The notes beneath the pieces are model-generated. The model was not told where the DNA came from. It was given only the letters and a program-made list of their open reading frames with translations, and searched no databases. A stretch of DNA of 64,000 nucleotides from an uncultured Desulfobacterales bacterium (GTDB lineage Bacteria; Desulfobacterota; DSM-4660; Desulfatiglandales; HGW-15): NCBI GenBank assembly GCA_964647905.1, contig CAZYJR010000019.1, positions 928-64,927 of the forward strand. The letters run 5' to 3'. A program made the position numbers and the translations under genes. The number at the start of each line of letters is the position of its first letter. Position 1 is the stretch's first letter. Below, piece by piece: positions 1 through 7,630 of this stretch.

Positions 1-1
1 A

Positions 2-619
2 TACTTCCGAATAATCAAGGCCGCCACCAGGGTGTTCGCGCGACGGGGGTTCTACCAGGCCAAGGTCTCTGAGATCGCGCGCGAGGCCGGGGTGGCTGAC
101 GGGACCATCTACCTCTACTTCGAGAACAAGGACGACATCCTCATCTCCCTCTTTGAGGAGCAGATGAAGGTGGTGCTGGAAAACATGAGGGCCCGGATAG
201 CGGCGGATCCCGACCCGGTGGGAAAGCTGGAGGAGTTCGCCCGCACTCACCTCAGGCTCATAGAGCAGAACAAGGACATGGCTGAAATCATCCAAGTGGA
301 GCTGAGGCAGAGCAGCAAGTTCATGAAGAGCTACAAGAACGAGCACTTTGCCAGCTACCTGAACCTTATTGCCGAGATCGTCCGGCAGGGGCAAGAGGAC
401 GGGGTCTTTCGGAGGGAGATCATCCCGGACCTTGCCAAGAGGGTGATTTTCGGTGCACTGGATGAGCTTTCCAGATTCTGGGTATTGTCAAGCCACAGGA
501 AATATGATATTGAAACCGCTGCTAAACAGATAAGCGACTACTTCTTGTACGGGCTGGTCGAAGAATCCAGGAGACCGCTCGGCCGGCGCCATGGAATCCA
601 GAAAAGGAGGTTGAGGTGA
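2..619 (+). CDS. TetR/AcrR-family transcriptional regulator (5' end lies upstream of the window)
   Basis: The frame is open from base 2 (..YFRIIKAATRVFARRGFYQAKVSEIAREAGVADGTIYLYFENKDDIL..), which is a typical TetR N-terminal HTH. The stop overlaps the etfB GTG start (GTGA at 616-619). Confidence 0.85.
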   Translation, partial: YFRIIKAATRVFARRGFYQAKVSEIAREAGVADGTIYLYFENKDDILISLFEEQMKVVLENMRARIAADPDPVGKLEEFARTHLRLIEQNKDMAEIIQVELRQSSKFMKSYKNEHFASYLNLIAEIVRQGQEDGVFRREIIPDLAKRVIFGALDELSRFWVLSSHRKYDIETAAKQISDYFLYGLVEESRRPLGRRHGIQKRRLR

Positions 620-1410
620 AGACAATAGCCTGCATAAAGCAAGTTCCTGACACTGAAGCACAGATCAAGATCGCCCCTGACGGCAAATCCATTGCCAAAG
701 AGGACATCAAGTGGGTGATGAATCCTTACGACGAGTTCGGCGTCGAGGAGGCGCTTCGGCTCAAGGAAAAGTTCGGGGGCGAGGTCACGGTGGTGGGACT
801 GGGCCCGAAGAGGGTGACCGAGTCCATCAGGACCGCCCTGGCAATGGGAGCGGACAAGGGCGTCCTTATAACAGGCGACGGCCTGGAGGAAAGCGACGCC
901 CTGGGTACGGCCAAGGCCCTTGCGGCAGTCATAACGGATATGGAATTCGATCTGATATTCACCGGCCAGAGAGGCGTGGACGATGACCAGGGCCTGGTGG
1001 GGGCCTCCCTTGCCGAGTTCCTGGGCCTTCCCCACGTGGCCGTAGTCACCAAGCTCGAGGTCTCTGAGGACGGCAAATCCCTCAAGGCGAACCGGCCTGT
1101 GGAGGGTCAAACCGTAACCATGGAGACCCCGCTTCCGGCGCTTATAACCGCCCAAAAGGGACTGAACGAGCCCCGGTATGCAAGCCTGCCCGGAATCATG
1201 AAGGCCAAGAAAAAGCCCCTTGACGAGAAATCGCCCGGAGACCTGGGACTGGACGCCTCGGAACTCGGTGAAGGCGCACGCAAGCTCAAGGTCATCCAGC
1301 TGACCCCGCCGCCTGAACGAAAGGCGGGCCGAATCGTGGAGGGGGAAACCCCGGAAGAGAAGGCCGGTGCACTTGCCAAGCTCCTCCACGAGGAAGCCAA
1401 AGTCATCTAG
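616..1410 (+). CDS. etfB: electron transfer flavoprotein, beta subunit
   Basis: 264 aa with N-terminus MKTIACIKQVPDTEAQIKI.., characteristic of EtfB. GTG start preceded by AAAAGGAGG. It is followed by etfA. Confidence 0.9.
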   Translation: MKTIACIKQVPDTEAQIKIAPDGKSIAKEDIKWVMNPYDEFGVEEALRLKEKFGGEVTVVGLGPKRVTESIRTALAMGADKGVLITGDGLEESDALGTAKALAAVITDMEFDLIFTGQRGVDDDQGLVGASLAEFLGLPHVAVVTKLEVSEDGKSLKANRPVEGQTVTMETPLPALITAQKGLNEPRYASLPGIMKAKKKPLDEKSPGDLGLDASELGEGARKLKVIQLTPPPERKAGRIVEGETPEEKAGALAKLLHEEAKVI

Positions 1411-1495
1411 ACCCGGGCCGGCGCAGAACCAAATCGATATTACCGCCGGTGAGACGCACCCAGGCAAATCAGAGGACATAAAGGAGACTTGAGAT

Positions 1496-2482
1496 ATGGC
1501 ACAAGGAGTCATGGTTATAGCCGAACAAAGAGACGGCGAAATGAGAAAGGTATCTTACGAGGTGGTGAGCGAAGGGCGCCGGCTCGCCGACACCCTCGGG
1601 CAGAGTCTGACCGCCGTGGTGTTGGGATCCGGGATAAAGGACAAGGCCGGGGCATTGGGCCAGTACGGCGCGGACAAGGTGGTGGTCGCAGAGAACGACG
1701 CGCTGGCGGTCTACACCCCGGACGCCTATGCCCCTGTACTGGCTGATATAGTCAAGGAAAACGACCCCGCGATTCTGATTTTGGGGGCCTCCTCCCTGGG
1801 CAAGGACCTCTCTGCCAGGCTCTCGGCGCGCCTGGGCGTTGGCATGGCTCAGGACTGCGTGTCCTTCGCCATCGAGGACGGCAAGCTGGCGGCGGTCCGC
1901 CCCATATATGCGGGCAAGGCTTACGCCAAGGTCGCTTTCAGCTATGACACCCCGCAAATGGCCACTGCTCGCCCCAACGTAATGCCGACGAACGAGCCGG
2001 AGCAGGGCAAGCAGGTCGAGGTGACTGATTTCGCCGTCAACCTGGATGAAGGCGCCCTCAAGGTCAAAGTGGCCGAGGTGATCAAGGACGAGAGCGGCAA
2101 GGTGGACCTCACGGAGGCGGATAAGATCGTCTCCGGCGGGCGGGGCCTCAAGGGCCCGGAAGGCTTCCAGGTATTGGAGGAGCTGGCCCAGGCCATCGGT
2201 GCCAGCGTGGGGGCTTCACGCTCTGCGGTGGACGCCGGCTGGAGGCCTCACTCCGACCAGGTGGGACAGACCGGCAAGGTCGTCTCACCGAATCTCTATG
2301 TCGCATGCGGGATCTCCGGTGCCATCCAGCACCTGGCCGGCATGAGCACTTCCAAGGTGATAGTGGCCATCAACAAGGACCCGGACGCCCCGATCTTTCA
2401 AAAGGCTGACTATGGTGTGGTGGACGACCTGTTCAAGGTGGTCCCGCCCCTGAGCGAAGAGGTCAAGAAGATCACCGCCTAG
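1496..2482 (+). CDS. etfA: electron transfer flavoprotein, alpha subunit
   Basis: 328 aa. The C-terminal FAD-binding region reads ..[53 protein letters not shown]... RBS AAAGGAG. Confidence 0.9.
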   Translation: MAQGVMVIAEQRDGEMRKVSYEVVSEGRRLADTLGQSLTAVVLGSGIKDKAGALGQYGADKVVVAENDALAVYTPDAYAPVLADIVKENDPAILILGASSLGKDLSARLSARLGVGMAQDCVSFAIEDGKLAAVRPIYAGKAYAKVAFSYDTPQMATARPNVMPTNEPEQGKQVEVTDFAVNLDEGALKVKVAEVIKDESGKVDLTEADKIVSGGRGLKGPEGFQVLEELAQAIGASVGASRSAVDAGWRPHSDQVGQTGKVVSPNLYVACGISGAIQHLAGMSTSKVIVAINKDPDAPIFQKADYGVVDDLFKVVPPLSEEVKKITA

Positions 2483-2511
2483 GGTCGGAGGGATGCCCGG
2501 ACGGCATTGGA

Positions 2512-2548
2512 GGGCGGGCCCCTTTTGCAGGGCGCCGCCCGGTTTTTT
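2512..2548 (+). terminator. intrinsic terminator after etfA
   Basis: GC-rich imperfect hairpin GGGCGGGCCCC-TTTTGCA-GGGCGCCGCCC followed by GG and a T6 run (2543-2548). Confidence 0.65.
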
Positions 2549-2619
2549 CAGGGCTGCGGCTGATTATTTGATTGACAAGGGGCCCTGCCGGGATAGACTA
2601 AAAGGTTGTAGGCAGCTGT

Positions 2620-2696
2620 GGCGGTGTAGCTCAGTCGGTCAGAGCATACGGCTCATATCCGTAGTGTCACTGGTTCAAGTCCAGTCACCGCCACCA
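2620..2696 (+). tRNA. tRNA-Met (anticodon CAT); could instead be tRNA-Ile2 if the C34 is lysidinylated
   Basis: 77-nt cloverleaf folded by hand. Acceptor GGCGGTG/CACCGCC, D-arm GCTC-AGTCGGTCA-GAGC, anticodon arm TACGG-CTCATAT-CCGTA, T-arm ACTGG-TTCAAGT-CCAGT, discriminator A, encoded CCA. G1-C72 pairs, so it is not an initiator. Confidence 0.9.
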
Positions 2697-2715
2697 TACC
2701 CGATTAACAGGGGTG

Positions 2716-2745
2716 TTGACAATCGCGCCCCGCGCCTTATTGTAT
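2716..2745 (+). promoter_or_regulatory. candidate sigma70-type promoter (TTGACA ... TTGTAT/TGTATA)
   Basis: Perfect -35 TTGACA at 2716-2721. An AT-rich -10-like ATTGTATAT lies 17-19 nt downstream, just upstream of the 2781 CDS. Confidence 0.35.
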
Positions 2746-2780
2746 ATCGGCCCCCTTTCCTTTCCCGGGAGTCGTGGACC

Positions 2781-3317
2781 ATGGGTGCTAGGGCTTGCTT
2801 CGAATCCAAAGAGATTGAAACGGTCAGCGAGGCACTGGATATAGCCGAGGACCGCATAGCAGGCCACTACAAGTTCTCATTCGGACAGTGGAAGCGTCAC
2901 AGGTACGGGGTAAAGACGCTGAGCCAGTTGATCGCCGAGGAGATAGCCCCCGAGCCCGCATTCGCGCTCCTGCACAAGTACTCCGCGGAGGACCGGGCCC
3001 TTGAGCCGGGGCGAGCGAAGAAAGACTTCTACGCCATCTGCCTTCAGGACCACCGCATTCTGGGGGCCCTGGCGAGGGATCAGCGCCTTAGACTTCTGCC
3101 CTTGATGGTGTATGTCTTCGGACATGAGTTGATACATATAGTTCGTTTTTGCAACTTTTATCAGCGTTTCGAGGTAAGGGGCGAGGGCAGAAGGCAGGAA
3201 GAGGAAATAGTCCACACAATCACCCTGGAGGCCTTGAAGGGGCTCCAGATGGCGAACATGGAGTACATCCTGGCTTCATACAGGGCGCACGCACTCTGCG
3301 ACCTGGTTGAATCATAA
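2781..3317 (+). CDS. hypothetical protein with HExxH motif (possible metallopeptidase-like)
   Basis: The track ORF 2493-3317 overlaps the tRNA. The first ATG downstream of the tRNA is 2781 (MGARACFESKEIE..). It contains ..VFGHELIHIVRF... No family recognised. Confidence 0.5.
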   Translation: MGARACFESKEIETVSEALDIAEDRIAGHYKFSFGQWKRHRYGVKTLSQLIAEEIAPEPAFALLHKYSAEDRALEPGRAKKDFYAICLQDHRILGALARDQRLRLLPLMVYVFGHELIHIVRFCNFYQRFEVRGEGRRQEEEIVHTITLEALKGLQMANMEYILASYRAHALCDLVES

Positions 3318-3351
3318 AGCTCAAAAAATTTGAAAGGGGAGGTGATCGTCC

Positions 3352-3663
3352 ATGCCCATTTACGAATATGAATGCACGGAATGCGGTCATCATGAAGAGC
3401 TGTTACAGAAGTTTTCCGACCCTCCTGTCGATCTCTGCCCGGTTTGCAAGGGGGGCATGAAGAAGTTGATGTCAATGAACACCTTTCATCTCAAGGGATC
3501 GGGCTGGTATGTGACCGATTACGCGGGCAAGACCGGCCGCGGGGAATCAAAGCCAGCCTCGAATTCCGGGGCCGGCAACGAAGACGGCAAGTCCAAGGAG
3601 GCGGGCACGACTGCGGCCGGGGCCTCCCAAACCGGGGACGGCAAGGCCGGCTCAGAGGGCTAG
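3352..3663 (+). CDS. FmdB-family zinc-ribbon protein
   Basis: MPIYEYECTECGHHEELLQKFSDPPVDLCPVCKGG.. shows the signature PxYEYxCxxCG ... CPxC of the FmdB/CxxC_CxxC_SSSS family. The tail is low-complexity and Gly/Ala/Lys-rich. Confidence 0.85.
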   Translation: MPIYEYECTECGHHEELLQKFSDPPVDLCPVCKGGMKKLMSMNTFHLKGSGWYVTDYAGKTGRGESKPASNSGAGNEDGKSKEAGTTAAGASQTGDGKAGSEG

Positions 3664-3672
3664 AACTCAAAA

Positions 3673-4221
3673 ATGAAAAGATTCGGCAGTGGCAACGTCC
3701 AAGACAAGATAATCGACAAGCTGGAGCGCAAGGAGAAGCAGGAGTCTTTCCAAAGAGACCGCTTCTTCCGATTCAAGCTACCGGAAATACACACGCGTCT
3801 CTCCCAAGTGCTCCTGATGGAGAAGGTGATCGAGACCGAGAATCCCTCCGCTGTCTCCGATCTCCTTCTCAAGGGCTTGAAACAGGCCCTCAGGAGCAAT
3901 GAGTTCGACTTCAAGTATTTCATTGCGCCGCTGCGCAGCCTGGTGCCCAGGCCGAACCTCCTGAGCCTGTACGTCACCCAGTACATACTGGAAGTCGTGC
4001 TCACCGATCCCTCGGTCATAGAGGTATACGGTACTGACCTGGACATATACAAAAAGGTCAACGAGGTGATCACCCAGATAAACACGAGCTTCGAACGGGC
4101 CGAAGAAGAGATCACCCGCCAATTGGCCCACAGTAAGTCCTTGGTGCCGGGGAGCAGGGAGTACGAGATAGCCCTGGACCAGCTCTTCAGGAAGAAGCTG
4201 GGAGAGCCCCAGCAGTTGTGA
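3673..4221 (+). CDS. hypothetical protein (182 aa)
   Basis: Clean ORF 10 nt after the FmdB gene with coding-like composition. It may belong to a DUF507-like family, but I cannot verify this. Confidence 0.5.
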   Translation: MKRFGSGNVQDKIIDKLERKEKQESFQRDRFFRFKLPEIHTRLSQVLLMEKVIETENPSAVSDLLLKGLKQALRSNEFDFKYFIAPLRSLVPRPNLLSLYVTQYILEVVLTDPSVIEVYGTDLDIYKKVNEVITQINTSFERAEEEITRQLAHSKSLVPGSREYEIALDQLFRKKLGEPQQL

Positions 4222-4732
4222 TCGCCTGCTCGCGGGCGAGGAGATAACGCTTTATATCCAGCCCGCCTGTGAACCCGCCGAGCCCCCGGCTCGACACCAC
4301 GCGGTGTCATGGAAAGATCAAGGGGAGCGGGTTTCGAGCCATTGCCGTCCCGACGGCCCTGGCGGCCCCGGGGCGGCCCAGGCGGCGGGCGATCTCCCCA
4401 TAGGTTGCAGTGCCGCCGAAAGGGATACTCTGTATCATATGCCAAGCGGCCCGCTGGAACGTTGTGGGGTTTATGTCAAGGGCCAAGTTCGGCGGCGGCC
4501 CACCCCCCATCACCGCTTCGACCGCCTCGGCCAGGGGGCGGTTGGGCCCCTCTCCGGCCAGCACCTCTGCCCCGCTGAATTCAGCCTCCCAAGGGTAGTC
4601 GCGGTCCCAGGGATCCGGGTGCATACATAACTTCAAGGCCCTGGCCCCGGTACTCGAGGAGATCATGTGTACCACCAGATCCCCCACCCTGAGCCCCCAC
4701 TTGTAGAGCACCCCGACTTCTTTCCCTGCCAT
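4187..4732 (-). CDS. ogt: methylated-DNA--protein-cysteine methyltransferase (Ogt/MGMT family) with in-frame TGA at the active-site Cys position (candidate Sec codon, or a Cys-to-stop pseudogene)
   Basis: ORF 4307-4795 ends ..TYGEIARRLGRPGAARAVGTAMARNPLPLIFP then TGA (4307-4309). The same frame continues HRVVSSRGLGGFTGGLDIKRYLLAREQ.. to a TGA at 4187-4189, so the canonical PCHRV motif reads P-TGA-HRV. The start is ambiguous: ATG 4732 (MAGKEV..), or ATG 4666 in an ATGA overlap with the upstream gene's stop. Confidence 0.6.
4277..4295 (-). promoter_or_regulatory. hairpin 3' of the in-frame TGA (candidate bacterial SECIS apical stem-loop)
   Basis: The mRNA reads UGA-CACCGCGUGGU-GUCGAGCC-GGG-GGCUCGGC. 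This gives an 8-bp stem (one G.U pair) and a G-rich 3-nt loop starting ~20 nt after the UGA. Confidence 0.35.
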
Positions 4733-5622
4733 GCGTCCAGTTCCTCCATGCGCTTGTTGATCAGCCTCAATGTCTCGGCTTTGCCGTAAGCCCAACCAGG
4801 GCCGATTATCTCCACTCCCCGGGGCGGGTCGCCGGTCAGCCGTTGGATCACCACCCCGGGCGGGAGGATTTCCAGAAAGCCCGCCACCAGGTCCGCGTAT
4901 TCATCCCTCTCCAGGCAGCGGTAACCGCCCCGGCGGTGGAGTTCGCCCAAGGGACTTTCAGCCACCACATACAGGAGATGGAGCTTGACCCCGCTGACCG
5001 GCAGCCCCGCCAGGAAGCGGGCCGTGTCCAGCATCATCTCCCGGGTTTCCCCGGGCAGACCCAGAATCACATGAGCGCAGACATCCAGACCGCGGCCGGC
5101 GGTCCTCAAGACCGCATCCTCGAAGCAAGCGGCGTCGTGACCCCGCCCGATCGCGGCCAGCGTACGGTCGTGAGCGCTCTGCAGGCCGTACTCCACCCAC
5201 ACCAGGTAATCATAGGCAAAGCAGGAGAGGATATCCAGCACATCATCGCCTGCGCAGTCAGGCCGTGTCCCCACTGAGAGGCCGACCATGCCGGGCGCGG
5301 ATAAGGCTCGCTCGTACAGGCTTCGGAGAGTCTCCAACGGACCGTAGGTGTTTGTGAATGACTGGAAGTAGGCTATGAAGAGCCTGGCTCCGTAGCGGGC
5401 TGAGGCAAAGACCTGACCCCTTCGGACCTGTTCCTCTATTGAAAGCCCCCGCTCCACGAAGGCCCCGTTTCCGCTCCCCCCCCCATCGCAGTAAATGCAC
5501 CCTCCCCGCCCTGATGTTCCGTCCCTGTTGGGGCAACCAAGACCGGCGTCAAGCGGTATCTTCTGGACCCTTTCCCCGAAAAGATCCCGAAGGTAGCCGC
5601 TGTAGTCATTATACCTCTTCAT
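4663..5622 (-). CDS. TIGR01212-family radical SAM protein (YhcC-like)
   Basis: MKRYNDYSGYLRDLFGERVQKIPLDAGLGCPNRDG..GGCIYCD.. matches the N-terminal signature of this family. 319 aa. Confidence 0.8.
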   Translation of the reverse strand: MKRYNDYSGYLRDLFGERVQKIPLDAGLGCPNRDGTSGRGGCIYCDGGGSGNGAFVERGLSIEEQVRRGQVFASARYGARLFIAYFQSFTNTYGPLETLRSLYERALSAPGMVGLSVGTRPDCAGDDVLDILSCFAYDYLVWVEYGLQSAHDRTLAAIGRGHDAACFEDAVLRTAGRGLDVCAHVILGLPGETREMMLDTARFLAGLPVSGVKLHLLYVVAESPLGELHRRGGYRCLERDEYADLVAGFLEILPPGVVIQRLTGDPPRGVEIIGPGWAYGKAETLRLINKRMEELDAWQGKKSGCSTSGGSGWGIWWYT

Positions 5623-5882
5623 CTTCGCTCACCTCTTGTTGCATCGAGGCCGCCCCGGCCGGGCCTGACCGTTGCCGGCAGGAAGTATAACAGCCCGGCG
5701 CCCCGCCGGCAATCTCGCCCGCTCATGAGAACCGGTCCAATTCAGGGAGCGGTATGCCAATTCGGCCTACCAGCGCCCGGGAGCCGGCCCGAGCCACGGG
5801 CCTTTCCCCGGTCGCTCCGCTGAGTGCAAAAGCGTTCTAAGTTCAAAATGTTATGAATGGATAACGTTTGATTCCGTTTCTT

Positions 5883-5898
5883 TGGCACACCCCGTGCT
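5883..5898 (+). promoter_or_regulatory. sigma54 (-24/-12) promoter upstream of the chemoreceptor gene
   Basis: TGGCAC-ACCCCG-TGCT has GG (5884-5885) and GC (5896-5897) at the canonical 12-nt register. It lies ~55 nt upstream of ATG 5953, with RBS AAAGGGAGGGGAAGG in between. Confidence 0.55.
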
Positions 5899-5952
5899 TT
5901 TGGTCTCCGCGACCGATTAATCAAAACACTCTGAAAGGGAGGGGAAGGAATC

Positions 5953-7595
5953 ATGATGCGGAATCTGAATCTGAGCATAAGGCTATGGGTCTTCACTGGA
6001 ATCCTGCTCCTGGCCCTGGGGGTAGTGGCCGCGGTTTCCATCCTTTCAATCGGGGGCATCCTCGATGCCAACGGCCGCTATGCGAAGACCTCGGAGCTTG
6101 CCGGGTTCATGGTGGAAAAGGAGGTGGACCACCTCTCCTGGGTGAACCGGGTCCAGTCCCTGTTCATCCACAACCGCAAGGAGCTGGATGTGGAGCTGGA
6201 TCCCACAAGATGCAGCCTGGGGCGATTTCTCCACGGAGAGGAAGGCCGGCGCGTGGCCGAGTTGGACCCGGATCTCGGGCGCCTCCTGGGGACAATGAAA
6301 GAGCCTCACAGCCGACTCCATGATTCTGCAATGGAAATCAACCAAGCGGTGGCCCGGTCCGGGCACAAGGAGGCCTACAGGATCTTTGAGAGCGAGACTC
6401 TACCCGCCCTCCGTGAGACCCAAGAGGTAATGGGAAGCGTTGAGGAGCGCCTGGCGGAGCTGCTGGATTCGGCCGAGGCGTCCATGCTCTCCACAGGCGC
6501 CGCTTCCCGCAGGATCGTCGGTGTGGTGACCTTGGTCACCATAATCTCCGGAGCCCTGCTCAGCTATCTGTTGGTGAGGTCCATAACCGGGCCTGTTAGA
6601 GAAATCATCCACGGACTCCGCAACGGGGCCGGAGAGGTCAACAGCGCCTCTGCGCAGCTCTCATCAGCAAGCCACTCAATAGCTGAAGGGGCTTCGGAAC
6701 AGGCCGCCTCCCTGGAGGAGACATCGTCCTCCCTGGAAGAGATCTCATCCATGACCGCCCGAAACGCGGAGAATGCGCAAACGCTGACGGCCTGATGAAG
6801 GAGACCAACCAGGTCGCCGAAGAGGCCAACCGAGCCGTCGAGGGGCTGGCCGCGTCCATGGGGGAGATATCAGACGCCAGCGAGTCAACCTCCAAGATCA
6901 TCAAGACAATAGACGAGATAGCCTTTCAGACCAACCTCCTGGCCCTGAACGCGGCGGTCGAGGCAGCCAGGGCGGGCGAGGCCAGAGCGGGTTTCGCCGT
7001 GGTGGCGGACGAAGTAAGGAGCTTGGCGCTGAGGGCGGCCGATGCCGCAAGGAGCACCGCTGATCTCATACAGGGTTCGGTTGACAAAATCCAGGGAGGC
7101 TCCCGACAGGTGGAGGCCACTCGAGAGGCCTTTTCAAAGGTGTCCGAAAGGGCTTACAAGGTGGGCGAGCTGCTGGCTGAGATTGCATCCGCCTCCGAGG
7201 AACAGGCCGACGGGATCGAACAGTTGAACCGGGCCGTTGCGGAAATGGACAAAGTGGTGCAGCAAAACGCGGCCAACGCCGAAGAGAACGCCGGTGCATC
7301 GGAGGAAATGAACGCCCAGTCCGAGCAGATGATGCGGTTCGCAAAAGCCCTTGCGGCCATGGCCGGAGAAGCCGCAAACGGAAGTCTCCTCCGGGGGGAA
7401 GAACCAGCCCGCCAAGATTCTCGAGAGTCTTTCCCCGTCTCCGGCCCTAACAGGGCTCACAGCAGGGGCCGGGGAAACAATGGCGTGAACGGAAAGGGAT
7501 CGGCCCCGGCGGCCTCGGAGCACGAGGTCGGTCCGGAGCGATTGATCCCCTTGGGAGGAGATGACCGGGACTTCCGGGACTTCCGGGACTTCTGA
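5953..7595 (+). pseudogene. methyl-accepting chemotaxis protein, reading frame broken by a 1-nt frameshift at 6779-6781
   Basis: ORF 5953-6795 carries TM1, sensor, TM2, HAMP and the start of the signalling domain. ORF 6795-7595 carries the rest (..[40 protein letters not shown]..). Frame A ends ..[12 protein letters not shown], and frame B reads ..[12 protein letters not shown]... One extra A in the run CAAAC would restore [14 protein letters not shown]. Confidence 0.8.
7565..7591 (+). repeat. 3 x 9-bp perfect tandem repeat (CCGGGACTT) encoding the C-terminal DFRDFRDF of the chemoreceptor
   Basis: Read directly from the sequence: ccgggactt ccgggactt ccgggactt, followed by ctga. Confidence 0.9.
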
Positions 7596-7602
7596 ATGGG
7601 TT

Positions 7603-7626
7603 GCCGGGGGCTCTCTTGCCCCCGGC
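7603..7626. terminator. GC hairpin between the convergent MCP and prmC genes (no clear U-tract)
   Basis: GCCGGGGGC-tctctt-GCCCCCGGC forms a 9-bp perfect stem. No T-run follows on either strand. Confidence 0.4.
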
Positions 7627-7630
7627 CCCC

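Noticed and set aside
538-1512. 324-aa minus-strand ORF covering etfB
   Set aside because: It is antisense to a clearly recognisable EtfB gene. The product is Arg/Gly/Leu-rich and low-complexity, typical of shadow ORFs in high-GC DNA.
2493-2780. N-terminal 96 codons of track ORF 2493-3317
   Set aside because: This stretch runs straight through the tRNA gene (2620-2696) and the etfA terminator. The CDS was trimmed to ATG 2781.
5953-7595. Annotating the two MCP ORFs as two ordinary independent genes
   Set aside because: The break falls inside the conserved signalling-domain helix. It is repaired exactly by one extra A in an A-run, so a frameshift is the more parsimonious reading. A functional split cannot be excluded.
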